From Bilabrum cf. latius (lineage: Eukaryota), in the NCBI GenBank assembly GCA_965178125.1, contig OZ237745.1, forward strand, positions 310,001 through 374,000: a DNA stretch of 64,000 nucleotides. The letters are read 5' to 3'. The notes beneath the pieces are model-generated. The model did no database searches. It was not told the DNA's origin and saw only the letters and a program-made list of their open reading frames with translations. Positions 1-12,500 of this stretch are shown one piece after another. Made by a program: the position numbers and the translations under genes. Each line of letters begins with the position of its first letter. Within the stretch, counting starts at the first letter, position 1.

Positions 1-460
1 AAGAAGAAGGAGAACGCGGCAACACTTTGTCCGTGGGTGGGAAGAGGACTAGTAGCGTTAGACATTGTAATTTGATTAACGGAAGAGGCAGTCCACGAAG
101 AGTGGAGGTTGCATTTCTCCAATCAATCGCATCCATTCGGGGTGGAAGAGCTCAGGACTGACAGATTATCTTGAGTTCTTTTCCCATCCGCCCGGGCCCG
201 GAGAACTCGTTGTGTGTCTCCGCTGGTGGACAAATCCATCGGCGGATTTGGCATATGGCGACGGCTCTGTGTTCGATGCCATGACTGGTTGAATCTGGGT
301 GGTCGAGTCTGTAAAAGAAGCTTTCATGGAAGTCACGATGTCATGATGTCCTAAGCGTTGTCTCCGTGGCTATGCCCCACCCCACCCCACAGGGCTCCAA
401 ACTTGCTGGCGCAGGCTGTCCACTCTACTCACTGCCGCCCCCTTGCAGGGAGCGCGGCTT

Positions 461-2932
461 TCACGTGATATCTACATCAGCCCATACAACTTGTTCTGCC
501 TTCATAGGCGACTCGAATGGTGCAAGCATCCAGAATTTGCCTGCGTCGCGATACCTTTCTATGATACCATCACAGTACCCACGCAAGAAGAGTGCATGCC
601 TCACGGCTCGCTCGCAGCGGCCCGTCAGAGTTGTGGAGTGTGATAAAGGGCCCAGGCCGTCGGCAGCCGCGATGGCCGTGGAGCAGTCGGACGGTGTGAA
701 CTCTCCATCCGGAAGGTGCGATGCAGTGACTGATTGAAAGAGCTTTGGGTGGTAGGACTGCTCCATCAAGTGGACCATGGCTGCTCCCTGCTAAATACTC
801 TCTGCGCGCAAATGAGAAGGTTGTCGAGCACCGCCCAACGACTAGACTAGAGACCGAACTTCCTCAATAGGAGAAGCTGCCCCAGTCAACAGAGCACCCG
901 AAGTACACAGCTGGTCTAACAGTCGCACACTTTTGAGGTTAGAGCCTCGCAACTGCCTCGAAAACATGTCCCACTGCCTCACGGAAGGTGCGGGTTGGGC
1001 CGCCAGTTGCACTCTGTGAATGGCCAGAATTTCGATCAGGTCGGTTCTCGCCATCCACTTGCTCCGTATCTAGTTGAATGCACTGGTTCCAGATGCCATG
1101 ATCGTACGGGGTGCAACAATGAGTGGCCAGTATTTGTCTGGGCGCTGCCGTACCATCCACCAGGCGTCGTGTCTTGCTAGCTGCACCAGCAACGGCGACG
1201 CAGCTCGACCTACTAGGTCACCAACAGTGCTCCAGTCGCCGAGGCGGGCAGCATCTACGGAGGGAATGCTCTGCTTAGGCAGACCCGCGAGCGCAAACGG
1301 TCTATCCATTTCTGCCTAGGACTGATATCCTATGTCCTAGTACATTGGTGCCCCAGCGTTCAACTGAAGTGGGACGGGAGGACACTGCTGGAATTTGCTA
1401 GCCACGGCGGGCTTCAGCGACGCCACAGCAAAACGATTCTAGAAATGAATCGAGCCAGGCAGGACCGAGCCCTCCTTCAGCGCGTTTGCGTCTGCCTTCC
1501 GAATCAACCGATCGAAGGAAGTCACGTTGAAGTACTCGTCAACGTCCATGTTGATCATCCACTCGGCCAAGGGTTTGCCGTACTTGAATAGGAAGTGCAT
1601 CATCGAATGCGGCTGAGCCTCGTGTCTGTACCGCTGGTACTAGTCGGCGTGGCTATTTACTTTCCTGAAGGGCCATGATAGCTCGAGCACAGTAGGGTTA
1701 CGCCTGTTTGACACGTACGCCGTGTCTAGGCACCACTTGGAATATGGACTTGCAAGCTCAGGTGGCTGGGAGCACACCATTTTGCTACTGCTAGGGAAGA
1801 AATCTGCCGAGGGATCCACCGGGGCTTGCCGTGCATCGTCAAGCTGAATGCCCTCGCAGTAGAACTATACAGCCTGCACGGTCAGGCAGACGCCCTGTAG
1901 CCATTCGTCGTCATTCCGGTAGGCCACCACCGCCTCCACGCCCCGGTCAGCATGAAAAGCCGCCCATGACGCCATGTACCGCTCCTTGTCTTCCAGCAGC
2001 ATCATCGTGGTGGCCATGATGCTGTAGGGGCGGGGATCAATAGCTGTCTCTCCGTTGGGGTGCGGCTCAGACTCGGGTTCGAGTGAAGCGCCGGACGTTA
2101 TCGAGCTGGCGTCGCTATTGTGCTTGCGTACCTGTAGTCGGGGCCACATGCAGTTCCACCCCGGGTGCGTGATACACTCGACTGGTGCGTCACCATGCAC
2201 GCCTCGATGAATCGAGACTGCCTCATTGCTTTGACGTCGCAGTGCTTGCTGTGCGTTGAGCTGACTGCCAAGCATGTCAGCGTGCCATACACGCATTGGA
2301 TGAAGGTTCCCCTCATACTTAATGACAACATGGATAAACTAGCCAGGCGTCAAGTCAGTTGGAAGTATCCAGCGCAGCACATCCCAAGAGTTATGCGGGA
2401 AAATATCCTGTAAAAACGCTCCTGACTGCTGTCGCACGAGAAGCTCGTGCCATTTCGATCCGTGTTTCGTCGCCCGTACTCTAGGCTTGATCTCTTCTGT
2501 ACGAATTGCCATTCGTAAATACTGTGGTACGATTGCAAATAGCTGACGATCACGTGCGAATACGTCGTGCGCCAGCCAGCGTCGACCAGTATTTGGCGGG
2601 TGCAAGACCGACACATTTGCCTCTGTGTCTGACTCCTCCCCAAGGCGCCAGGCACAATCATGTAAAGGTACACCTGCCGGCCCAGACACGTATTCTTCAG
2701 CCGAGTAATGGTGGTGCAGGGGATTGATGCACAACATGATCGGATTAATCCTATGGAACGGGTGCTTTGCGTCTTGTAGCAAGGATTTTGGAACACCCCT
2801 GCTACCAGAATTTTTCGGGCTTAGATTTCGCTCTGCCAATCCATCCAGGTACTCCACAGAAATCAGCTCGCATGCGGATAGATTCAACCGGAGCAAGGCC
2901 ATTGAGATTAAGGCAGCCGTAAAACTGCACAT
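461..2932 (-). CDS. Glycosyltransferase family 92-like protein (~820 aa) read through in-frame TAG codons
   Basis: Track ORFs 2339-2932, 1865-2296, 1070-1309, 842-1054 and 461-778 share one frame and are separated only by TAG; ends at TGA (461-463). Hydrophobic N-terminus; ASWAAFHADRGVEAVVAYRN and EWMINMDVDEYF (~1530-1565) resemble GT92/GT-A DxD motifs. Start codon uncertain. Confidence 0.65.
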
Positions 2933-3459
2933 ATTGGCACATCCTCCTCGCTATAACCTGCAATCCTAGGCTTTAAGACGTCCAAATTGGCATAACATTT
3001 TGTATCAATGAGCTGGAGTCGATAGGCACTATACTGCAGGTTTGAAGGTGATCGAGAATTCTTTCTGAAAGCACACGCTACCGAAGGTGCCGCAGGAGGC
3101 CACGCGGGGATAGTGCCCGGTGGAGGCGACCTACGGGGATGAGTTCCAGCACAATATGCCTGCCCTATGGGTAGATGGGGTGCTGAACGTGTCAGCGAGG
3201 CTGGGGAGTGCCAAGACGTGGAGGAGCACCGGGAGTGTACCGCAGGAGGCAGATACCGAAAAGGGTCTGGAAGCTCGGAGGCCGTCGGGACGACACAGGC
3301 AGGCAGGGCCAGCCAAGTGTCGAGTGGCAGCAATGCATGTTGCCCCCGCCATGGTCTGAGTGGAAGGGCGCCTGTAAGGTCTGTCTTTTCAACATGCATA
3401 ATCGTGATAGCGTGCACCTTCGAGTTGAATTACAAACTACTAGAACCCCCCCCCAGGAG

Positions 3460-3535
3460 GCTGAAGCGTGAAGTCTGGTAGGCCTTCGTTCCAGATGTGC
3501 TTTCGTGATAGCGTGCGCTTATGAGTTAATTGCAC
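3460..3535. repeat. Dispersed repeat A, copy 1 (partial internal duplicate at ~3404-3435)
   Basis: gctgaag...ggccttcgttccagatgtg...tagcgtgc...gagtt recurs in the same orientation at 27355-27436. Confidence 0.65.
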
Positions 3536-3583
3536 AAAATAGCATATCCCCCAGCCTTCAGCTAGGATGAGCCAGCACACGGC

Positions 3584-6500
3584 TTACTAGTACTCTCTCG
3601 CTCTGCTGGAGCCCCCACCCCTCCCTGATCCTCCTCTACGTCGGTCCCAACTACTACTGCCGCTTTCGGCACCTCGACCACTTCTGCTTCGCCCCCGGCC
3701 TCCGCCACGAAAGGCACGCCGACCGCGCCCTCTACCACGGCCTGTTCCACTTGCAGCAGCATCGCTGGCGCCCTACACATGTTCATCTCCTGCCCCAGCG
3801 CCTCCGAGTCGACCCCTCCACCAGCTGGTTGACGGTCTGCTTGAGTGCTGGGCCCGAGGATTGCCTGCTCGGTCAATGGTAACATCCCGGTCCCCGCCTG
3901 TCCGCGCCTGTCCTGGCGATGCTTGACTGCTGTCCGAGCGCTACTGCGAAGAGCTGTGACCTGGCACCTGGTGGCTCGGGAGCATACTGTCCGTTGAGCT
4001 GTGACCTGGTACTTCGGTTGCTCTTGTCGCACCCGCAGGTTCTGACCTCGCACCAGCAACACTTGCACGGATCGAGCGGCTTCCCCGCCGGGATATCTGG
4101 CTGGACGCGCCCGCAAGAGCAGCTTTCCCCCACAGTGTCGTGGGTGCGGGCGCGGGCGCGGGCACGCGTGCAGGCGCTTGTACCCGCGCAGATGCAGATG
4201 CAGGCGCAGGCGCAGGCGCAGGCGCAGGCGTGGTGGGTGCCCGTGCATTGCTGTTTACCAGCACTGCGGTGCAGCCATCCGGGTGCTGGCTGGCGGCAGG
4301 CTCCGCAGCTTTTCTATTAGTGTCCTGCATAAACCTCGGATGCGATGATGACCTCCGACTTCGCCCAGATCCCAAAGCGCTAGGGGAGTCAGCGACAAGC
4401 TTCGGAACGCCAGCCAAGGAGCAAGCCGTGTCCACCACTGCCTCAGCCAACCGATCCATTCCCAGCGATAGCGCAATGAAGATGACGCGAAATGCGTTCA
4501 CGTGTTGCGTCAATCCTCGCTACGCTTTGTTCGGACTGCTCGATGGCGACAGCATGAATGCCGCAACCGAGTGAACGAGGGCATTTCGTAGCTGAAGCTC
4601 AGTGTTCTAGGAAGGAGAGTGGCCAGTCGACCACGACCTGCAGAGACGATCGCGACTGGATGCAGGGGCTGCAATCGGCGGGGGTCTCCAGCTTCCACCT
4701 GTACTGCCTGCACCTAAAGTGGTGTGTCTATCTCTCGGAGTGCTCGCGCCTGACTATCCCCTAGGTACCGGAGACGAAAGCGCTATGCCAGTCGAAGACG
4801 CCCGAGGTGCCGCTCGATGAGACGCTGGAGTCCCCGGAACAACGCCAGGAGAAAAGCCTGCCCGGGCAGCTCCGCCACCCGATGCCACCCCTTGTCTGTG
4901 TGCCTGCGACGAGTCTTCCGTTAGAGTACCCGAAAGGCCAGTCGAGTGCGTGGCAATCCTTAGAGTGGTAGGTGGTGCTAACCGCCGGGGGTCTGCAAGC
5001 ACGTGCTCCTTGAATGAATCCCGGAGCTGCAAAGCTAAATCCAGGTTGAAGTAGTCGTTTGGGTCCTTGACCAGCCACAGATGCGACTCCATGAGCGAGT
5101 CAGCAAACACCGCACTCACTACAGCTGCATTGTCGACACCAAACTCGCCCGTCTTGTGCAGTGCAATCTTGGCGTAGTGCACGTGTTTTCTTGCTCCTTT
5201 CTGGCTGATTTGGATCCTCACAATGCTCCTCACGGCCTTGCACATCATTGACTAGATCCGGGGCATGAGCCCGTCGTCGCCATCCGAGTCCTCGTGACCT
5301 CGGCTACCTTTCTCACGTTCAGTTTCTTTCTGCAGTGACGAATCAACGCGCCTTTCCCGCGGAGGTGTACTGGCGATTGCAATTGCACTGGGACTGCGTT
5401 CGCTCGATGCCTCTAGCAGATGATCGACATTTGGCGGAGGTTGGGATAGCAGACACTTGAGGCTCAGCGTCAGCTACGTATTGCGAGCCAGTGACTCCAG
5501 CATCCGCCGGGGGTCCTACAGGTGCATGAGAAGCAGCTTCCGGATGTCATCACGCCTACCAGCAAGCGCGTGCAGATGCTTGAATGATCTCTGCCTCATG
5601 GCAGCGTCGTCTCGGGATGCCTGCCGGGCCAGTTGATCGGGACTACTGCTCTGCCTGTGAGACTGGGCTTCGGGTGCTGCCTGTGCCTTGAGGCAGTACT
5701 TTGAGCGTGCAATCACCACTTGCGAGTCGCTTGCATTGAGCACCTCGGCGCCATTCAAGAGGTGCTCGGCATCCACAAGCAGGCCCCACTGAAGGCATTG
5801 CATAGCACACTGCGACAGCTTCTTCGTCTTGTCCAAGATCGACCTGTTCAAGAGATCGGGGTCCGTGCCAACGCCCATCACAAACGCAATGTTCTCCTAT
5901 CCGCCCTAGCTGGCCTGCACGAGCCGGCAGCTCTGCTACAGCATCAGAATATGCTGTCGGGACCAGGGGTCAAGGGAAGTGTCGCCTCCGCGGTACAGCA
6001 GGCTCTCAGGCAGGCAGCTCCGGCCGTGACCCCTGCTGGGTTGCCGAGCCAGTAAGACCGGCACCGACTACCCAACATACGCCTGCAGCGTGTGCAGCGG
6101 CAGTTCTGGCTTGTCCCACACCGGCGGTCCCCCATGTGCTTGCCGCAACCCGTTCTGCTTCCTTGGGTCGATGTTCCAAGACTGCAGCTGCGTGAGCCAC
6201 TCACCATACGCGTCTAGCAATGCTTGTTCCCCGGATCGAACGATCCATGCATTAGAGAAAAGTTTCTCGAACTTCTTCTGCATAGCGGATAGCTTGGCTG
6301 GCTACGCAGTTGACGTCATCCTTTTCTCCAAGCGGTAGTAGTTCTTCAAGGTAAGGCTGTGGGTAGGGTCTACTTGCAGTGCCTCCTTATAAATGGCCTT
6401 GCCCTTCGACAGATTGCTCCAGTTCCAGTCCTGCACGGGTCTCGGCGCCAAGTTCAGCTTGCCAATGTTGATTTGGTGGTGCATGTGCTGGTACAGGTTG

Positions 6501-9500
6501 GCCAGATCCTTCGCAATGCTCGAATGAATCGTCTCGCTGAGCCGGAGGGCGTTTCTGTAGTATGCCCGGGCGCGAATCATCATCGCAAAGGAGCGCGGGT
6601 AGTCCCAGATTGGTTCTCGATGCAGCTTCATCGCACGGTCAGCGAGATGCTTGCCAAAGTAGTAGTTGAGTCTTGCATGGGTAGGGTGCATGGCCAGCGC
6701 ATACTCGTACAGCAGCTGTGTCCCCTCCTTGGCCGACTGCGGCAAGATGGAGTCAAGCAGGAAGCACAGGTTGGAAAGGGCCTGGGCATCGCTGCCGCCC
6801 ATTGACAATGCCGTCTCGAAATCGCGGAAGGAGTCGCCTGCCAGACGCAACACCTCTGGTCCGACCTCTACCTGTTCAGCCTATTCGTCAGATTTCTTGT
6901 CCTTTGCGGTCTGTTTTGAGGCACCCTGCTTCGACGCAGCAGCTGATTTGCCTCCATCATGCCCCGACCCCTTGCTTCCAGCTGCGGATGCCTTGGTGTG
7001 CTTTCCGCTTGGCTGCGCTCGCACCTCCATTACCCGCCCACGCACGATGTCTCTCGCTTCCGGGTGCCCCGTTATATACTCCCTCAGCAGCTTGCGGCCC
7101 TTAAGCATGCTGTCCTTGTCATCATCTCGCTCGTGGATACTGGCGGCCTGCTGTCCCTTCTATCTCGCCTCCTGTTTCTCCAGGTTGCGTCGCTCCATGG
7201 CACGGATGCAGTTCACGGAGCCCTGGGTATAGTGCACCACAGGAGTGTACTTGATCTGGGGCTGAAGGGACTCCACGTACATGTATCCGAACGGATAGTT
7301 CTTGTCAAAGAAAGCTGGACCATGTCGCCGGATGTCGTTCAGCGCGCTCTGACTCAGCTTGATGCCGCAAAGGTCGCAGATGCGCTGCAGCAGGTACGGC
7401 TGCGGTAGCGACTGCCTTATCCACGCCGCAACGTTGGCAGCTGTTGCCATTTTAATCGCCTCATCCACGGCGGCCTGCTCTCTGGAGTCCTCGATGGCCT
7501 GCTCCGCATTAGTCGCGTCATCTTGTTCTTCGTCGCTGCTGCCGTTCACTTCAACCCCTACAGCACCCTCAGCACCACCCGCAGCACCCTTTACCTCGTC
7601 GAGAATGCCGCCGACGCTGGTCGATGAGTCCATCCGGGACGAGGACGGGGGCATCTCGCCATAGATCTACTCCACACCAGCGCCGTCCGTGCCCTCGGCA
7701 GCCACGCCATCAATCGTGACGGCACCGCCAAAGCCTGTGGCAACAACTTCGCCCGTGGTCTGAAGCATGTCTGAGCTGGCTGTGCTAGACTGCAATGGCG
7801 AGGACGTGCCTAACCCACGGCCTTTCGAGTCGGGATCTGGCCAGCCACTGCTAGAAGACTGCGACTCGACAGACTCTTCCCGCACCATGATTGGGGGACC
7901 ATTCGGAAAGCCGCTCAAGCTCAAGGGCGTGGAGGCTGTTGCTGCCGGGTTGCGGCTAGCAGAAACGGAGGTGGAGTCCACAGCAGCAGCCACAGGCCTG
8001 TCGAATTCCTAGCGCTGTCTGGCAGCAAGCCTTACCCCGCGCCTCGCTTCGTCCAAGTTTTTGCCCACCTGTGCCTTCGATTGGGAAGGCACGGGTGGTG
8101 GTCGCTTCGGCTGAATGAAGCTTCGGGCAAGCTCCTTCTTTCCAAGAGAAAACTTGTGGTCCATCAGCTCCAGGAGATCCTGACACCACAATGACGTCTG
8201 CGGCGAGCCCTGTGCAGGCTGATCCAGCCAAGCCCTCCCGAACACGTCGTTGAGGAACTGTTGGGCCACCTCTCTGTATGGCTCCACCAGCGGCACACTG
8301 GTGTGCTCTTCGTTACTGTCCCTGAGCCGCCGGTGGAACACTACCCTTAGACACCTAGACACCATCTCGAGCAGCAGACGTCGTCGGGCCACGTCGCAGT
8401 GCACGTCTCCATAGATCGCGCCCATGTGCCTCATGTTGGCGCCCTGGGAGTGGAGCAAGGCCTTGATGCTCCTGGGTCGGTACGCATGGCTTGCAGGTAC
8501 GAAGAAACTGCCTCCACTCGACCCAGATTCGAAGTCATCTTCGCCACCTTGCCACCCATTGCTCCCGTCTCTTCCCCCTTCGTCAGAGCCAGCGGCAGAG
8601 GATGACTGCCGAAGTACAGCGGCTGGATCCACCTCCTCGGCTCCAAACACATCCACCCTGACCTTTGGTTCACCCCAAGCGTACTTGCCCCTCTGGCCGC
8701 CCGATCCCACGTCCTTCGTGTAAAGAGACAGGCGTCCTGGGTACTCATGACTGTAAGAGGGGTGTGCCGTACTGAGTGTCTTGTGCAGCCTGCCTCTCAG
8801 GTAGGCTGGCACAAACACGCGAGTCTTCGGCTCCTCGCTCCAACCCGCACCAGGAGCGTCGATGCTCTTGCTGCCGCTCGAGCTGGACCCCCCAAGAAAT
8901 CCAGTGGCCTAGTCCATCGGATCGTCTACAGGCCGATGAGAACCTGTGCCGCCGTCTTGCAGCTCCCCGTCGCCGCTTTTAAAGGCCATGGCATACCAGT
9001 TCTCAAGCCTGAGGGGTCTCGGATTCGGCAGCTTGGCAGGTTTACCAAACGGATACGGTGACGTGTGGCTGGAGGGGCGGCCGGCTGTATTGCCCTTTTG
9101 CACGCTGCCAGAAGCTGTTGCAGCCACGGGGTCAAGCAAGGCCTGCATGTGGGTGCTGTTGGGTACCTCTGCACACTGGTCTTCAATTCCCACCCCAATG
9201 CTGTGCTGCTGCATGAGCGGCTGCGGGCCGGCATTATCACCGATGATGCCCTCCTCACTGCTCGCTGTGACCAGCCCTTCGACTGGCCCCGCATCATCCT
9301 CCGCCACGAACGGCCACACAGCCTCCCTGAATCCGCGCTGTTGAATGCAACTTTCCATGTATTCCCGTTTCTAGCCTCGCGCGCGGTTTGCGACGTGCTC
9401 AACGGCTGCGGCGTCTTTCACCGCCTCATCGTGGTCCTTCTGCCGGTCACGCTGGCGCAGCCGTGGATTGCGAGCAAACACGCTGCCATCTCCCACGCAA

Positions 9501-12500
9501 AGTCGCCATGCGGGGTGCTCACCGTGCGAGCCCGATCCCTGGCCTGCCGCGCTGCTGCTTGCAGTTGCATAACTCGCCGCGCTTGCTGCGGATGCATTGC
9601 TCTGCTGCCTCCCCATCCGGTTACGCTGCATGCGCTGCTTGGCCGCATCAGGGTCCAGCCAAGCCCTCTCACCTTCGAATCCGAGGGACTTAAGCTGCTC
9701 CTCAAACGGCGGCACCAGCGGCTTCACACCCGCCTTCTCCTCCCACTGCTGTCTGTCCGGCCTAGCCACCCGTGAAAGGCCATCAGGACCGACGATGCAC
9801 CCACAGGGGAGGACTGTAAAACGCTGCCAGCCTCCAAACCGAGGCTTTCTGGGTGCCGTAGCTTCCCAGGCCCCCTGCCAGTCTGCTGATGTCGTCGTTT
9901 CGTCCTAAGAGTCTGTTCTGGGGCCAATCCCGGGCGGGTAGATGCTGTTCATTCCCTGCTGGCTAAAGTAAACCTACGAGTCGCGGTTGGAGCCCATTGT
10001 AAACGACTGTGCCGACTGCAGCGCCCGCGAGGTCTCTGGCGCGGGTGCCAACTGGGGAACAGCCATATCCGGAGCCTAAATAGTCAGACCACCTTGCACC
10101 GGCAACGAGGTCGATTTTGTCGAGCTGGGGTGGATGGGCAGCCTGTTGCGAATCCCCGCCTGCAGTCGCTTTGAGGGAGGATTTGCAACAGAAGCTCTCC
10201 GCTTCGGATCCGCCAGTGCCTCCATGCCGGGAACAAGAGCCCCGCCACCCCTATCTCCGAACGCAACGCCCGTGCTGGTTGGTGTGGCTCCGGGCTGCGT
10301 TGTAGCGAGAGAGGGCAGGCCGCGGGCATCGGCAGCATGCTCTGCTGCAGGGGGTGCATTAAAGCCGCCTACCACTCCTAGGGTTGGCCCGTCCAGCACT
10401 GGCGTAGTTGGCTGAACGACGAACGCAGACGACGTGCCATCATCGTACGAGTACCCTGACCCCGCCCTGCCTCCTCCGGTAAAGTTCATCTCAGAGGCAA
10501 TGGCTGCACCATCCATGCCGTATCCGCCCGTCCTGCTGCCAGAGCTGGAGCCGCCACCCCGCAGGCCAAGAAGCTGCTTGATCGTGTCTCGCCTGACCAA
10601 AGGTGGGAGGGCACTCACCTCAACCGGTGTGCCGTCTGGGGCCAGCGTCGCGACCGTCCCTGAGGCAGGCAGCACCAGCGCAAAGTGGCCGAACCCTTTC
10701 CGCGACGCAGCCGACACTGCTAAAACATCGGCTGGTGAGATGTTCGAGATGAGTTCTTCTTCAGCGGCACAGATCAGGTCGATCTCCAAGGATTCTGGAT
10801 TAGATAGGGCTTGCGACATGGTGGAGTCTTGCCGACCGAGGGGCTGAGGGCCCAGCTCCTCTGTGTCTCCATCGTGATGGCGGTCATCGGCCGGCCCAAG
10901 TTCATGCGCTCCCGAATGTGTGTCAGGTCCTCCAGCGCCGCTGGCTGCTTGCAGGTTCGACGCAGCACCATGCACCTCCCCCCCATCCTCGTCCCCTTCT
11001 TCTTCATCGTCATCACTGCATGGCTCGCGACCAAAAAGCCCTGTGCCTCCAAAGCTGCCTCCCCATTGCTCGGATCCACCAGTAAGGCCAAGCTCATCGC
11101 TCGATGCGGCATCGGCATTGTCACCCTTGCCGCTAGAGCCGCGCCCTAGAGCCTCAGATGCCGTCGGGGAGTCTTCGTTGTTGCTGCCCGACCGACAGGT
11201 GTTGGAGCCGTCGTTGGTTCGGTATGTCTCAGTACTGTGTACCCGCACTAGGTTGGACGATCGAAGGTTGGCTCGGGAATCGTTGGGCTCTGGGGACACC
11301 CCTGGCGTCAGCTCCATCACGGGTGATGTGTCAACCAGCCTGGCCTTTGCTTCCTGCAGAAGCGCCCCAGGGGCCTTTCCGATGGCATCGTCGACTATCA
11401 CACCGGTCCCTTGAGGTCCAAAAATATCGACAACTTCTTTGTCCATGGCCTCGTTTGCGTGGCTACTCGGGTGGCTCCGGGCGTGCCGATCTCCCGCGCC
11501 GGCGCGGGCACCCTTTACCAACAACTGCCGAAGCCTGAACGTTGCACCAAATCTGCCGGTATCGGAGTACTTACCCAGGTCTCGGCCCTCCCACCTAGCA
11601 GGGTCCCAAGCTGTACCTGACACTGACCCGGCTCCCGACCTCGATCCAGACCCTGCGGTAGAGTCTGTGTCGTTGCGGCGCACAAATCGGGGTCCCACTC
11701 CAGCACCCTATCCGGACACAAAGAAAGGCGAGCTACCGTGCGTTGGGCTAGAGGCCTGCGTCACACCTGTACCCCAAGACACCCGGCTGTCGTCGCGGCC
11801 GACTGGGCCTGGCAGCCGAGGCGGCGGCTGCAGCCTGCCAGTCTTGGGCTGCTCTACAGTGCCTGCACCTGAGGATGCCGAGCTCATGTGCTGGGCACCT
11901 TTTGGAGGGGCATCGAACCTCCTGTGAACTGAACGAAGGTCATCCATGCCGTGCTGTGATGCAAGGTCTGCCCCATGCCGGCCATGCCGTGGGCCGAGCG
12001 TTTCGCTGTACGCCACGGCCCGGCGAACCCGAATGCCGTCGCACTCTCCAGAGAGCTCTCTAGCGAGCTACGGCAGGATGTCCTTCATCAGCTTATTGTG
12101 CAACTTTCTCACGTTCTGGTTGTGCCTGTCCGAATCTGGGCCCTACTGGAAATTGCTGAGGGCATCAGATGACAGCGGCTCGGGGCTCTGAGCCACCAGC
12201 TCTGGCCTCAACCGGCGAGTGAGGAGCCACTCGTTGCACTCGTCTCGACCCAAGCTGCGCGGGGCTGGCTCGGGCGGAAATACCCTGGCTACGTCGAGGC
12301 AATACAGCTGCTTCTGCTGGGGGTTGTAGTGGATCTCAATGTCACCAGGGCCCACCACCAGCTTGGAGAGGCGGCCGATCCTCCCATTCTGCAAGACGGG
12401 TCCACGCTGGATGTTCCCCGCCACTGGCTGCGGTGACGCCAGAACTTCCTTCGTCTGATCGTCAGTGAGGCCTACCTAGGCTGCGAGGTACCTGCCGTAC

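Noticed and set aside
1-350. Possible retroelement reverse-transcriptase remnant on the minus strand
   Set aside because: Only vague similarity, TAA stops in frame, no diagnostic motif.
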